DNA of 64,000 nt from positions 27,365 to 91,364 of the forward strand of contig CAWDOY010000042.1 of NCBI GenBank assembly GCA_963803975.1. Direction: 5' to 3'. Positions 54,773 through 63,796 of this stretch are shown here, piece after piece. The DNA is from an uncultured delta proteobacterium (lineage in GTDB: Bacteria; Desulfobacterota; WTBG01; CAIYCZ01). The position numbers and the translations under genes are program-made. Every line of letters begins with the position of its first letter. Positions within the stretch are counted from its first letter, which is position 1. The notes below the pieces were generated by a model, which was given only the letters and a program-made list of their open reading frames with translations, had not been told where the DNA came from and ran no database searches.

Positions 54773-56355
54773 TTAGCGGGTTCCCAGCTTTTCCCGTATG
54801 CACTCGATAGCTTCTCGTTCCCAGTCAGGGGGCTCAGTCCGCGGCCGCCAGCCATCATAGCGCTCGGGCACGGGCGTAGTGGCATCCAGTATTACCTGTT
54901 CGGCCTGTGGTTCAGCGCCCCGGTCCCTGCTGCGGAATCCAAGCATTGCGTCGATGCCGGGGAAATCCTTCCTGGCGGCAGTCGTGCTTGACAGGGGCGC
55001 GGCACGCATGGCAACGGTCCAGGCAACCTGGGCAGCATCATGGGGATCAATATCAGGCCCCACTACTATTATATAGGGTGAAGCAGCGTGCACACCGTAG
55101 GAGGACAAGCGCCGCTCCAACTTCCTGCCCGTAATGGGAGTGCGGCTTTGCTTTGCCGTCAACTGTCAGTTGAATCACGGTCATAAATGGACCAACAAGT
55201 AGAACTACATCTTTTACCAGGAACCCGAGCCCACGCAGATAATTGAGCGCCTCTACCTCGAGGTTCAGAAGCGCCAGGGCTGAGTGGGTCCCCTCATTCC
55301 CGTGCAGTCCGCCCACTGAAGACAAATTGCCGGCCCAGAGCGCGTCCCGGCGATGAGTCATGCAGCGCACGCGAAATACGGTGTAGGTCATATCGCCCAG
55401 AACAAAGCCGATAAAATTGTCCTCACCGGCATAGGCTGGCATCTTCTCCTGCTGCGGCAGAAATTCTCCTTCAATAACCCACTCGGTGTGTGCAGGAATC
55501 ATGAGCCCCGGCACGGTCTCGCTCTCCACGAGGTCAACCGGCTCTCCCCTGAGGCCGCCCAGCATCTCATATTCATCGCCGCTCTCCGGCCAGGGAATGG
55601 TCTTTATCGGTGCCAGCATCTCAATATCAGCCGGATCGCCAAAAATGAAAACGCCGGGCATGGGTTTGCCGGCAGCGCGGTGTTTCTGATAAAAACGACC
55701 GGTGTTGCTCATGCGCGGGACCTGCAAGCTGCAATGCCGCAACCATGTGGCGCTTTACCAGCTCTTCAGGATAGGGAGTAGCCGGGTTTGCGTCGCGCCA
55801 CTCATACTGGCCGAGCCTGATTTTCCCCAGGCTGTGGCAGCCGGTTTCAGGGTCGCGCAGTATTAGCGTAGCGTTAAAGGTGCTCCACAGGGATTGCTGA
55901 AATTCTACCCAAACCCGCGGCAGGTCTTTTCGCAGGTCAAGACGGTCTTCCGGGATAATAACTTCCTTGCAGGGCGATTTTTTTCCGGACACTATGCGCG
56001 GCTTGACGCGGCAGGTAGAAAGGTCTTTTATCTTCCGGCACAGCTCATCTTTTTCGCGCAGGCCCATGCCCCTGAGCACACGCTCCCGTGTGGGCCAGGG
56101 ATTGACCACCACCGCTACATCAGGCCGGTTGTAGACGGGTTTTTCGAGAATGCCGGTGGGCTTCCCGGGCAGGCTGTGCAGGTACCGGGCGAGGGCACGC
56201 ACTTCAGTCTCCGGCTGTTTGCCGGGAATGCTGTTGCCAATGTCAACGATTGAAGAGTAATCACCGCATTTTATCGGCGCTGTAATACGCACCACTGTGC
56301 CCAGGTTCTCTTCTTCCAGCAGCCAGTCGCGAAAACTTTTATATGGATACGACAT
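54773..56355 (-). CDS. UbiD family (prFMN-dependent) decarboxylase-like protein; two frameshifts
   Basis: SFRDWL..E..G, EYE..GGLRGEPV.LV, IPA..EWVIEG, VV..DIDP.D..QV.W..AMR, ILDAT.P. Confidence 0.75.
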
Positions 56356-56710
56356 CAGGAACTCCGGTAACTGCTTACCATTTTTTGCTCACTTCAAACA
56401 GAGCTCAGTCACAACCTGTTACGTTTTTCATTATAAGGGATTTTTTATAAAAAGGAAACGAGCAAGAAAAAAAGGGATGCTGCTATAATAAAGTATGCAA
56501 TGGCTTGAGCAGAAGTGGCCTTGTGCTTATAAACAGTAAGCATGAATTTTACTGATAATAGCGTACCACAATATATGGCACATATTAAAAAGCAGGGCCA
56601 TTGCTTTAACATGATATATGCAGTTTTGTAAAAGTGTAGACTACGTTTCACATTATTGCATATAGAATATTCAGGTCCTGATTCTTTGGTTCACACCTCT
56701 CATGTTCCCA

Positions 56711-57383
56711 GTTATAACGTCCCCGCAATGCGGGGAGCTTAACGGTTGTGAGCCACCCCAGGGGTGGCCAAGGTCACAGGTTATGGTGTTTTAAAAATGA
56801 CCATCGTCTTTATCCTCAGCCTCATGGTTCTCTTCCTTCTGGTCATATCCTTTTGTGTCAAGCGTTTCCTGATGACGGATGTATTTTTGTATCTGCTCCT
56901 CTTCAAACCCTACCGTCGATACCGCATACCCTCTGGCCCAAAACTTCTCGCCATTGAAATTTCGCTTCCGCCCTCCAAACTGCCGTCGCGACGGCTATTG
57001 CACTTTTTCCCTTGATATATCCTATTACCTCTGCCACGGCATATTTCGGCGGTATCTTTATCAGCATGTGCACATGATCTGCCACCATGTGCCCTTCCCC
57101 TATCTCACTTCCTCTCTGCCGCGCCAATTCATGAAATACTGGCCCAAGAAATTTCCGTATCTTTCCGTACAACACTTTCTTGCGCCCTTTCGGTATAAAT
57201 ACAACATGATACTTGCAATCCCATTTGCAATGACTTAAACTTTCATATGACATGTTTTCTTCCTCCTTTGTGCACAACCGTTAAGCCCTTCCACTTTGCA
57301 CAAAGGAGGATTCTTTTTAAACTAAATCTCTATGTCAAACATTTATAGTCTCACTGGTCAAACCAGTGGCTTACCTGTCTTTA
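56711..57383 (-). mobile_element. IS200/IS605-family insertion sequence (tnpA only)
   Basis: Subterminal hairpins CCCCGCA-A-TGCGGGG (56721), GCCACCCC-A-GGGGTGGC (56752) and CACTGGT-CAA-ACCAGTG (57352); boundaries set by the interrupted XRE frame. Confidence 0.85.
56791..57253 (-). CDS. tnpA: IS200 Y1 (HUH) transposase; frameshift near 56987
   Basis: CKYHVVFIPK.RKK, DHVHML..IPPKY, GYIKGKS, then FWARGYAVSTVG..E..I.KYI..Q in the shifted frame. Confidence 0.92.
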
Positions 57384-57522
57384 GTTATAGATAGTGGTTT
57401 CACTCACCCCCAACTTCTCCCCCAGTTCTTTCTGGGACAGCCCTTGTAATAACCTGTATTTTCTGATAGATTCGGCGAAGTTATTGGAGGGATACTTGGA
57501 TGCCTTTATGAAAACTAACCAG

Positions 57523-57645
57523 AATACCCCGTCTTGTAGACGGGGATGAATGGTTGTTTTTAAGAAATTCTTAATAGAAATCGTGGTGGCTTTAGCCATG
57601 AATTCGGCGTAATGCCCCGCCCTGTGGGCGGGGAAAGTCGAATTC
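57523..57645. repeat. Paired GC-rich hairpins, possible REP-like or non-autonomous IS200/IS605-derived element
   Basis: CCCCGTCT-TGT-AGACGGGG (57527..57545) and CCCCGCCC-TGT-GGGCGGGG (57615..57633), the latter enclosed by GAATTCGGC/GTCGAATTC. Confidence 0.5.
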
Positions 57646-57945
57646 AAACGATTTCTTTACTCTCAGGTAAGGAAAGTAGCCACAGGTGTGTTGGCCCAGA
57701 ACCGCATGGGTGTCCGACAAAAGCTGCCTGAAACCACAAGTCGTAACTATTCAGAAACTGAGCACTCTGCTGAATCCTTCCATTTAGAGCGCCTCTAATA
57801 ATTTCAAACACTACTTAATATAGTGTTGAATGCCGTGTGCAGCTCTGATTTGAAGTTTCGCAGAAGTAGTCTACACTTTTACGATTAAAGGGACACCACA
57901 ACATATAGGAAAAACAAAAGTAGGGCCATCGGAATAGAACAGGAG

Positions 57946-58236
57946 TTATTTGTCCTGATGATTTTCCTCCTCATTGTTCTTTCTCTCCCATTCTATTTCC
58001 AATACTCTATACTCCTCCATCCTTTTTTCAAACTCGTCGTTGCTTTTTTTACATTGCTCACGATACTCTTCCGATAGTTTCTTTATTTTATCGATTGTAC
58101 GGTCAATTTCGATTTTCCATTTCAATCCCCAATTCACCTGACTGACCTCAACGTAACGATGGTTCTTCGTCAAAAAACCACCATTACAGTTGCTGTCAAG
58201 TTCATACCAATCGTTCCCGTATTTATAACTTCCCAT
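57946..58236 (-). CDS. Hypothetical protein with charged coiled-coil C-terminus
   Basis: 96 aa ORF with RBS GAGGAG. Confidence 0.6.
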   Translation of the reverse strand: MGSYKYGNDWYELDSNCNGGFLTKNHRYVEVSQVNWGLKWKIEIDRTIDKIKKLSEEYREQCKKSNDEFEKRMEEYRVLEIEWERKNNEEENHQDK

Positions 58237-58387
58237 AACTCCTCATTTGTACAAAGCGGCAGGTTGTCAGTTTTTATCTCATTGCTTACGATATCATAGT
58301 GGTGTCAGGTAGTGAACATGACTGCCTACACTGTGACTGTCCGCAGCCCACACCTCCCCGGTACATTTTTCGTTTGAGTCTTTTTAT

Positions 58388-58906
58388 TTATTTCTTTTCT
58401 TTCATGTGATCTTTGCCAGGTTTACCTTTAAACCGCTCCATCTTCATCTGCCTGCGTTCGGCCCGCAGCTGCTCCAGCTTCGTGCGCTGTTCTTTGGTCA
58501 TGATGTTTGCCATCTGCGCTGCATGCATGATCTTCATCGTCGTCAACTCAGCCCGCGCTTTGCTAATCTTGTCAGCCAGTTCGCCGATCTTCACTATATC
58601 AATTGTGTCCTTGTCCATCTCCGTCTTGAGATCAACCCTCAGGATATCCATTTCTGCCTGCTTCGTAATCGCGGCCTTCTGGTTCTCGCTGTTCAGCACT
58701 TCGATCTTTGCTTTTTGATCAGCCGTAAGACCAACCTGATTGAGCAGGTTCCGATCCATCATCATCCAAGGACCGTCATCATCTCCACCGGGACCCATCA
58801 TGTGCGGGCCATGACCAGGACCTTGCCCCGCATAAAGTGTATTAATCCCAAGCGTGAGCACAAAAGCTATGGTAAACAATGTCAACAGGTTCAATGTTCT
58901 TTTCAT
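58388..58906 (-). CDS. Spy/CpxP family periplasmic protein
   Basis: Signal peptide, Gly/Met/His-rich linker, LTADQ and MTKEQ (LTxxQ) motifs; RBS AAGGAG. Confidence 0.85.
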   Translation of the reverse strand: MKRTLNLLTLFTIAFVLTLGINTLYAGQGPGHGPHMMGPGGDDDGPWMMMDRNLLNQVGLTADQKAKIEVLNSENQKAAITKQAEMDILRVDLKTEMDKDTIDIVKIGELADKISKARAELTTMKIMHAAQMANIMTKEQRTKLEQLRAERRQMKMERFKGKPGKDHMKEKK

Positions 58907-58969
58907 TTCAGTTCTCCTTATAATTGGTTTTGAGAATATCATGTAATATTTCCTTCAAGGACAAAACCA

Positions 58970-59914
58970 TTATCGAACGTGTGCTTCAGACTGGTTCCCC
59001 CCTTGTTGGTGCTGCGGTTTCTGGACAGCAGGCTGCTGGGGTCTCTGCACAGCAGGCTGCCGCGGTTTCTGGACAGCAGGCTGCTGCGGTCTCTGGACAG
59101 CAGGCTGCTGAGGTCTCTGGACAGCAGGTTGCTGAGGTCTCTGGACAGCAGGCTGCTGCGGTCTCTGGACAGCAGGTTGTTGAGGTCTCTGGACAGCAGG
59201 CTGCTGTGGTCTCTGGACAGCAGGTTGCTGAGGTCTCTGGACAGCAGGCTGCTGGGGTCTCTGGACAGCAGGCTGCTGGGGTCTCTGGACAGCAGGCTGC
59301 TGGGGTCTCTGGACAGCAGGTTGCTGCGGTCTCTGGACATCAGTGCTGCGGCTCTGACGCCCTTGGCCTTGCTGCTGCTGATGCAAAGTCTGGACACCCC
59401 GCTGCTGACGATCCCTATCAATACGATTATACCGTTCTCGCCTTATATCATCCCTCCTCTCATGCCTATACCAATCATAACGGTCCCAATGCCGTTTATG
59501 ATCCCATGTCCGCCAGTTGCCATAGAAATCATTGTAGTGTATCCGGTAATATCCGGATGGCACGTAGTGAATATATTCCGGCGGTATAACAAAGATAACT
59601 TGCGGGACCATAGACGGCTCAATATATTCCCAGTACCCGTTGTAGTTGGAAGACCAGAACCAGTAGTTATTATAATACCTGTACCAGGTGCCACCGTAGA
59701 AATAGACCCCATCATAATTCGGCACCATATAGACATAGCTTGTTCCACTGGGAACCACGTAGACATCAGGCGGTGCGACAAATTGCAAAGGTGGAGGTGC
59801 AACGATGCCTATGTTGACCTGCACCTGTGCCGACGCCACTTGAGGCGCACTAATGGCAACCAGCGCCCCGAAGAAAACAATCAGCTCTAACATTCTATAA
59901 ATACTTTTTTTCAT
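58970..59914 (-). CDS. Secreted protein: Tyr/Trp/Pro-rich domain + Arg/Asp/His-rich segment + (QRPQQPAV)n tail
   Basis: Signal peptide ending ASA-Q, VQVNIGI.APPP, repeat tail; RBS AAGGAGG. Confidence 0.8.
   Translation of the reverse strand: MKKSIYRMLELIVFFGALVAISAPQVASAQVQVNIGIVAPPPLQFVAPPDVYVVPSGTSYVYMVPNYDGVYFYGGTWYRYYNNYWFWSSNYNGYWEYIEPSMVPQVIFVIPPEYIHYVPSGYYRIHYNDFYGNWRTWDHKRHWDRYDWYRHERRDDIRRERYNRIDRDRQQRGVQTLHQQQQGQGRQSRSTDVQRPQQPAVQRPQQPAVQRPQQPAVQRPQQPAVQRPQQPAVQRPQQPAVQRPQQPAVQRPQQPAVQRPQQPAVQRPQQPAVQRPQQPAVQKPRQPAVQRPQQPAVQKPQHQQGGNQSEAHVR
59010..59340 (-). repeat. 24-bp coding tandem repeat, about 14 units (QRPQQPAV)
   Basis: Contiguous GGTCTCTGGACAGCAGGCTGCTGN-type units with mostly synonymous variation. 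Confidence 0.95.
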
Positions 59915-59986
59915 TTTAACCTCCTTAAAGGCCTATGGCCGCATAAGTGAAATTTTTTCTACCACTAAAACTTATAATTAAAAGAT

Positions 59987-60003
59987 TACAACAGTTATGC
60001 CAA
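59987..60003 (-). promoter_or_regulatory. Putative sigma54 promoter
   Basis: Minus strand TTGGCATAACTGTTGTA, ~70 bp upstream of start 59914; -12 reads GT instead of GC. Confidence 0.45.
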
Positions 60004-60435
60004 CCAACAGATTATTTTTAACCATATGATATTGCTTGCAATTTTATTTAACGGGAAGTGCTGTTTGCGATGGGTTGTCTATATTTTGTCCTGGCGGGAA
60101 AGTAGGGTTAGAAAATAAGATGATTTACTAAATAATTGCGCAATGTCTTTGTTTTAAGACAACGTGACCTTTTTTCCCTGCAATTTGTTGCCTTACCAAT
60201 GGGTACAGTCAGTAAATTTTGCTGCGGGTTTCTTAACATAGTGTTGAATGATTTTTGTAGAAGTGGGTTTACGTATAGATAGAGCAGTAAGAAGAGGGAA
60301 ATTTCAGTTGCAATTGCTCACCAATATATAGCAAAAGGCGGAGCTACATATGACCCCGCCTCATTATATTGTTTGATTCAATGCTTGTTGCCGTTAGAGA
60401 TTAAAAGTTTTTGACCTGCTTAGGACTAAATCTTA

Positions 60436-61317
60436 CTACCACCTATGCCCGTGATAGCCTTTGCTATTGTTATAAATGATATTCACTCTGCCCATTCCGC
60501 AATAAGGGCGACCATAACCGCCATAAACAGCGGGAGGACCATAATATAAAACAGGAGCTGGAGCATAGGCAACAGGCGGAGGAGCATAAACCGCCGGTGG
60601 TTGGTACTGCGCATTCGGTTGTGCCTGAGGTTGCAGCTGTCCCTGCGGTTGTTGACCCTGTTGCTGAATTGGCTCTATCACTATATTGACCCGCCGGTTC
60701 AACTGGCGGCCTGCTGCTGTGCTGTTGTCTGCAATGGGATTAGACTCTCCCATCCCAAGAGCAGAGATGCGGGCAGCTTGTACGTTCTTAACCACTAGGG
60801 CATTCTTTACCGCATTGGCCCGCTGCTCCGATAACTGCTGATTATAGGATTCTGATCCCGTGTTGTCGGTATAACCCACTACCTTTATGGTGGTGTCAGG
60901 GTATCTATTGAGAATTTGTGCCACGCGGTCAATTTCCCCTGAAGCGTAGGCCGCAGATTTTATGACGGATGAGTTGCTATCAAACATCACATCTGACTTA
61001 AAGGTGATGATAAGGGCATCCTGTTCCCGCTGCACCCCCTGCATGATTGCTGCCTGCTCCCGTGCCTGTGACTCAGCGAGTGCCTGTTTGAATTCACGCT
61101 CCTGCTTGTCCATGTAATGACCGATGACACCGCCGGCAAGTCCGCCTACTACTGCGCCTATTGCAGCGCCCTTGCCCCCGCCAATCGCGTAGCCGACCCC
61201 TGCTCCAACCACTGCGCCCGCCCCGGCGCCGATGGTGGTCTTTTTATTTTCCTGCATGGTGGCACAGCCAGCACTGATAAATGCTACCACAAGCACCAAT
61301 ACAAGGAATTTCTTCAT
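60436..61317 (-). CDS. OmpA family lipoprotein with glycine zipper and Gln/Pro/Tyr-rich tail
   Basis: Lipobox SAGC, glycine zipper, GYTDNTG...YNQQLSEQRA..V, GESNPIA.N....GRQLNRRV. Confidence 0.9.
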   Translation of the reverse strand: MKKFLVLVLVVAFISAGCATMQENKKTTIGAGAGAVVGAGVGYAIGGGKGAAIGAVVGGLAGGVIGHYMDKQEREFKQALAESQAREQAAIMQGVQREQDALIITFKSDVMFDSNSSVIKSAAYASGEIDRVAQILNRYPDTTIKVVGYTDNTGSESYNQQLSEQRANAVKNALVVKNVQAARISALGMGESNPIADNSTAAGRQLNRRVNIVIEPIQQQGQQPQGQLQPQAQPNAQYQPPAVYAPPPVAYAPAPVLYYGPPAVYGGYGRPYCGMGRVNIIYNNSKGYHGHRW

Positions 61318-61394
61318 CGTATACCTCCTTTATCAATTATTAGTTAAAGGCCAGTTGGACTGATTTGTTAACCTTATCCGGTTAGATCTCACTG

Positions 61395-62105
61395 CTACCT
61401 ATGTCCAAGTACTGTGCGAAGCAACCCACTAACATTCTTGTTATGACGACCGGAACCGCCACTTTTAGCCGTGCGTAAAAACTTGCCCAAGTTGCTGCTA
61501 TGGCCAAAACTACCGCCATTGCCAGAGCGAAAATAACTGTTTCCCTTGCCACGGTGACCAGAGCTGCCACCATTGCCAGGTCGATAATATCCGCTACCAT
61601 TGCCACGGTGACCAGAACCGCCACCATTGCCTGAGCGATAATGGCCGCCATTATTACCGCGGTATCCGTACCCACCGCCATTACCCCGGTATCCATAACC
61701 GCCGCCGTTGCCGTAGTACCCATCACCCCCATCATTATAAGAGCGATAATGATCATCGCCACCATAATTGAAAATTAAGCTCACGAGCCCGGATAGGGGA
61801 CCACATCCATACCCTTCATACCCCCCGTATCCCCCATATGCACCTGCAGGAGCGTAGGCTACCGGAGGAGGAGCATATGCCACGGGAGGCTGAGCATAAT
61901 AAACTGGAGCCGGGGCATAATACACTACTGGAGGAGGTGTATAATATACAACCGGAGGGGAAGCATAAGCGACTGGTGGTTGCGCATAGGCTGGTGCTGG
62001 TTGATACTGTGGCTGTACCGGGTAATTTCCCTGGGGATAAGCAGGTAGAGCTCCGCCTGCGCTGACTAAAACTACTGTGGTTAGAAGCAAAACTACCTTT
62101 TTCAT
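61395..62105 (-). CDS. Secreted Pro/Tyr-rich and Gly-rich low-complexity protein
   Basis: Signal peptide; (P)PVAYA repeats; GNGG repeats; RBS GAGGTG. Confidence 0.75.
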   Translation of the reverse strand: MKKVVLLLTTVVLVSAGGALPAYPQGNYPVQPQYQPAPAYAQPPVAYASPPVVYYTPPPVVYYAPAPVYYAQPPVAYAPPPVAYAPAGAYGGYGGYEGYGCGPLSGLVSLIFNYGGDDHYRSYNDGGDGYYGNGGGYGYRGNGGGYGYRGNNGGHYRSGNGGGSGHRGNGSGYYRPGNGGSSGHRGKGNSYFRSGNGGSFGHSSNLGKFLRTAKSGGSGRHNKNVSGLLRTVLGHR

Positions 62106-62133
62106 GGTTCACCTCACTGTTACAATGTTGCGG

Positions 62134-62754
62134 TTATTGTGGACAGCGTTCTCCGCTGCCTTCTGACTGGGCGGTAAACAGGCTCATGATATGAGAATGA
62201 ATAGCCTCAGTCGTAGCAATCTGTGTATCAGCAGATTTTGACAACTGCTGTATTACGTTTCTATTGGAAAAATGAAACATGAGGATTGCCGGTAGTGTCA
62301 GTGCGCACAGGTCATAATTAAGTGATGAACGGAAAGCCCCGGCTTGTGCCCCATCCCTGAAAAATGCTGCCATCTGACGCTGGATTTTAGAAAAATATCT
62401 TTCGGTCAAATGCTCGAGAAACCGGCCGTGACCCACTGTCTCGCGTTGGTACAGCTGAAGCATCTCCGGGTTGGTGCGAAAGGATTCATCATAATAATCA
62501 ATCAGCATGCCGAGAATCTGCAGGTGATCGCGGGGTGCAGTAAGTATATCCTGGAGGCGGTTGCAAAACCTCTCCACGTAGGATTCCAGCAGATACAGAT
62601 AAAGGTCTTTCTTATTCTTGAAGTGGTAATAAATCATGGGTTTGGTGAGTCGGGCTGCCTGAGCAATACCATCCATGGACGTCCCGTCGTAGCCTTTTGC
62701 AGCAAAAACCTTGATTGCTGCCTTGATAATTTTTTCTTTTGAAGTTAGTGTCAT
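62134..62754 (-). CDS. TetR/AcrR family transcriptional regulator
   Basis: KEKIIKAA..VFA.KGYDGTSM..IA..A.LTKPMIYYHFKNK.DL. Confidence 0.92.
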   Translation of the reverse strand: MTLTSKEKIIKAAIKVFAAKGYDGTSMDGIAQAARLTKPMIYYHFKNKKDLYLYLLESYVERFCNRLQDILTAPRDHLQILGMLIDYYDESFRTNPEMLQLYQRETVGHGRFLEHLTERYFSKIQRQMAAFFRDGAQAGAFRSSLNYDLCALTLPAILMFHFSNRNVIQQLSKSADTQIATTEAIHSHIMSLFTAQSEGSGERCPQ

Positions 62755-62767
62755 AGCAATTCCCCCT

Positions 62768-63248
62768 ACTTATCAGTAAGTTTTATAATATTAAATATAT
62801 TTGGTAATGCGGGCTATGCATAAGCAACTCAAGGGATTTTAAAAATTAATAAATAATGTAAATACATATATTTATAATTTTTATCTGCACATTAATACCT
62901 CAAAATAAATTATATATAAGCATAACTTACTTACCAGTAAGTAAGTATATAATACATAAAAATGAGCATGTCAAGGGAATTATTTAAATAAAAGGAAAGT
63001 GCCTGTCGGATTTTTAAAATTGTTGATAGCTACAATCCTTACTAATAAGTAAGTATTAATAAATATTATTTATTTTTCAAACAGACCACATAACATCATT
63101 TTAGACATTAGAATAAAATATATTGAGTAATTTCAAGTAATTTAATATCTTCTTGTGTGTTATTCCTTTGAGCCCTTCTATCAACAATTTTTTCTTACTT
63201 ACCGGTAAGTAAACACTAATACATTAAAATGAACGTGTCAAGGGAATT
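62768..63248. promoter_or_regulatory. Array of palindromic operators with duplicated promoter module upstream of tetR
   Basis: ACTTACTTAC-CA-GTAAGTAAGT (62925..62946), TTACTTACCGGTAAGTAA (63195..63212), weaker copies at 62768 and 63039. Both strong copies are followed by TGTCAAGGGAATT (minus-strand TTGACA). Confidence 0.75.
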
Positions 63249-63796
63249 TTTTATATAAGGGGGTATCTGTTGCATTAATGGTTCTGCCTTTGATACAACA
63301 AAATATAGTTGTATGGTTGAGAACAAAATTCATGCTTATGCTGCAAGCCGCTCTCAGCCCAGCCCACTTTAACAGCTTACCAGATGTATCTGTGACTTTT
63401 GCAAAAGCGCAGACTTCGTGTCACACAAAAATTCTTTAGCAAAAAATAGTTACACAAGGAGTCTTTTGATAGTGTGTACTCTCGTGTAGGTAATTTTGAT
63501 TACTGAGGCTTCTGATGTTTGGGTGATAGCCGAAGCATTGACTTTCTTGAAGGGTTAAAAATGTTAGGATTGCGGAAGTAATATGCAGTAATAATTATAA
63601 TAACAACAATGACAATAGGGGTGTAATTTGAATGCAAACGGACAGATAGACTTCTTAATAGAAGTGTGAGCGCCGTTCCGATACCTCTTCTTGTATACTG
63701 TAATACAATATTTGACTTTACGTATAGCACGAAGGCGGAGTCAGTAAAGACCCAGCCTTTATTCTTATCCCCTGTGTTCTTTCAAACGGCACTTTC

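Larger units (their letters stand above)
56648..57510 (-). pseudogene. XRE-family HTH gene interrupted by IS200
   Basis: 5' part ...AESIRKYRLLQGLSQKELGEKLGVSETTIYN ends at 57384; 3' part WEHERCEPKNQDLNILYAIM* continues in frame at 56710..56648. Confidence 0.75.

Noticed and set aside
57381..57647. ORF-track 88-aa protein as an intact gene, or a tnpB/iscB partner of the IS
   Set aside because: Its N-terminal half translates hairpin DNA and its stop is created by the IS junction; no RuvC or HNH ORF accompanies tnpA.
59010..59340. Regular 24-bp repeats resembling a CRISPR array
   Set aside because: Units are contiguous with no unique spacers, vary mostly at synonymous positions, and lie inside an ORF; no cas genes.
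58924..59890. Alternative-frame ORFs over the tandem repeat (58924..59589, 58979..59890, 58939..59421)
   Set aside because: Open only because the repeat lacks stops; the 58970..59914 frame has the RBS, signal peptide and synonymous variation.
60231..60258. Chromosomal dif site
   Set aside because: Only a loose XerD-like arm (CTATGTTAAGA on the minus strand); no XerC arm.
63500..63730. 76-aa minus-strand ORF
   Set aside because: Weak start, no RBS, no recognisable motif.
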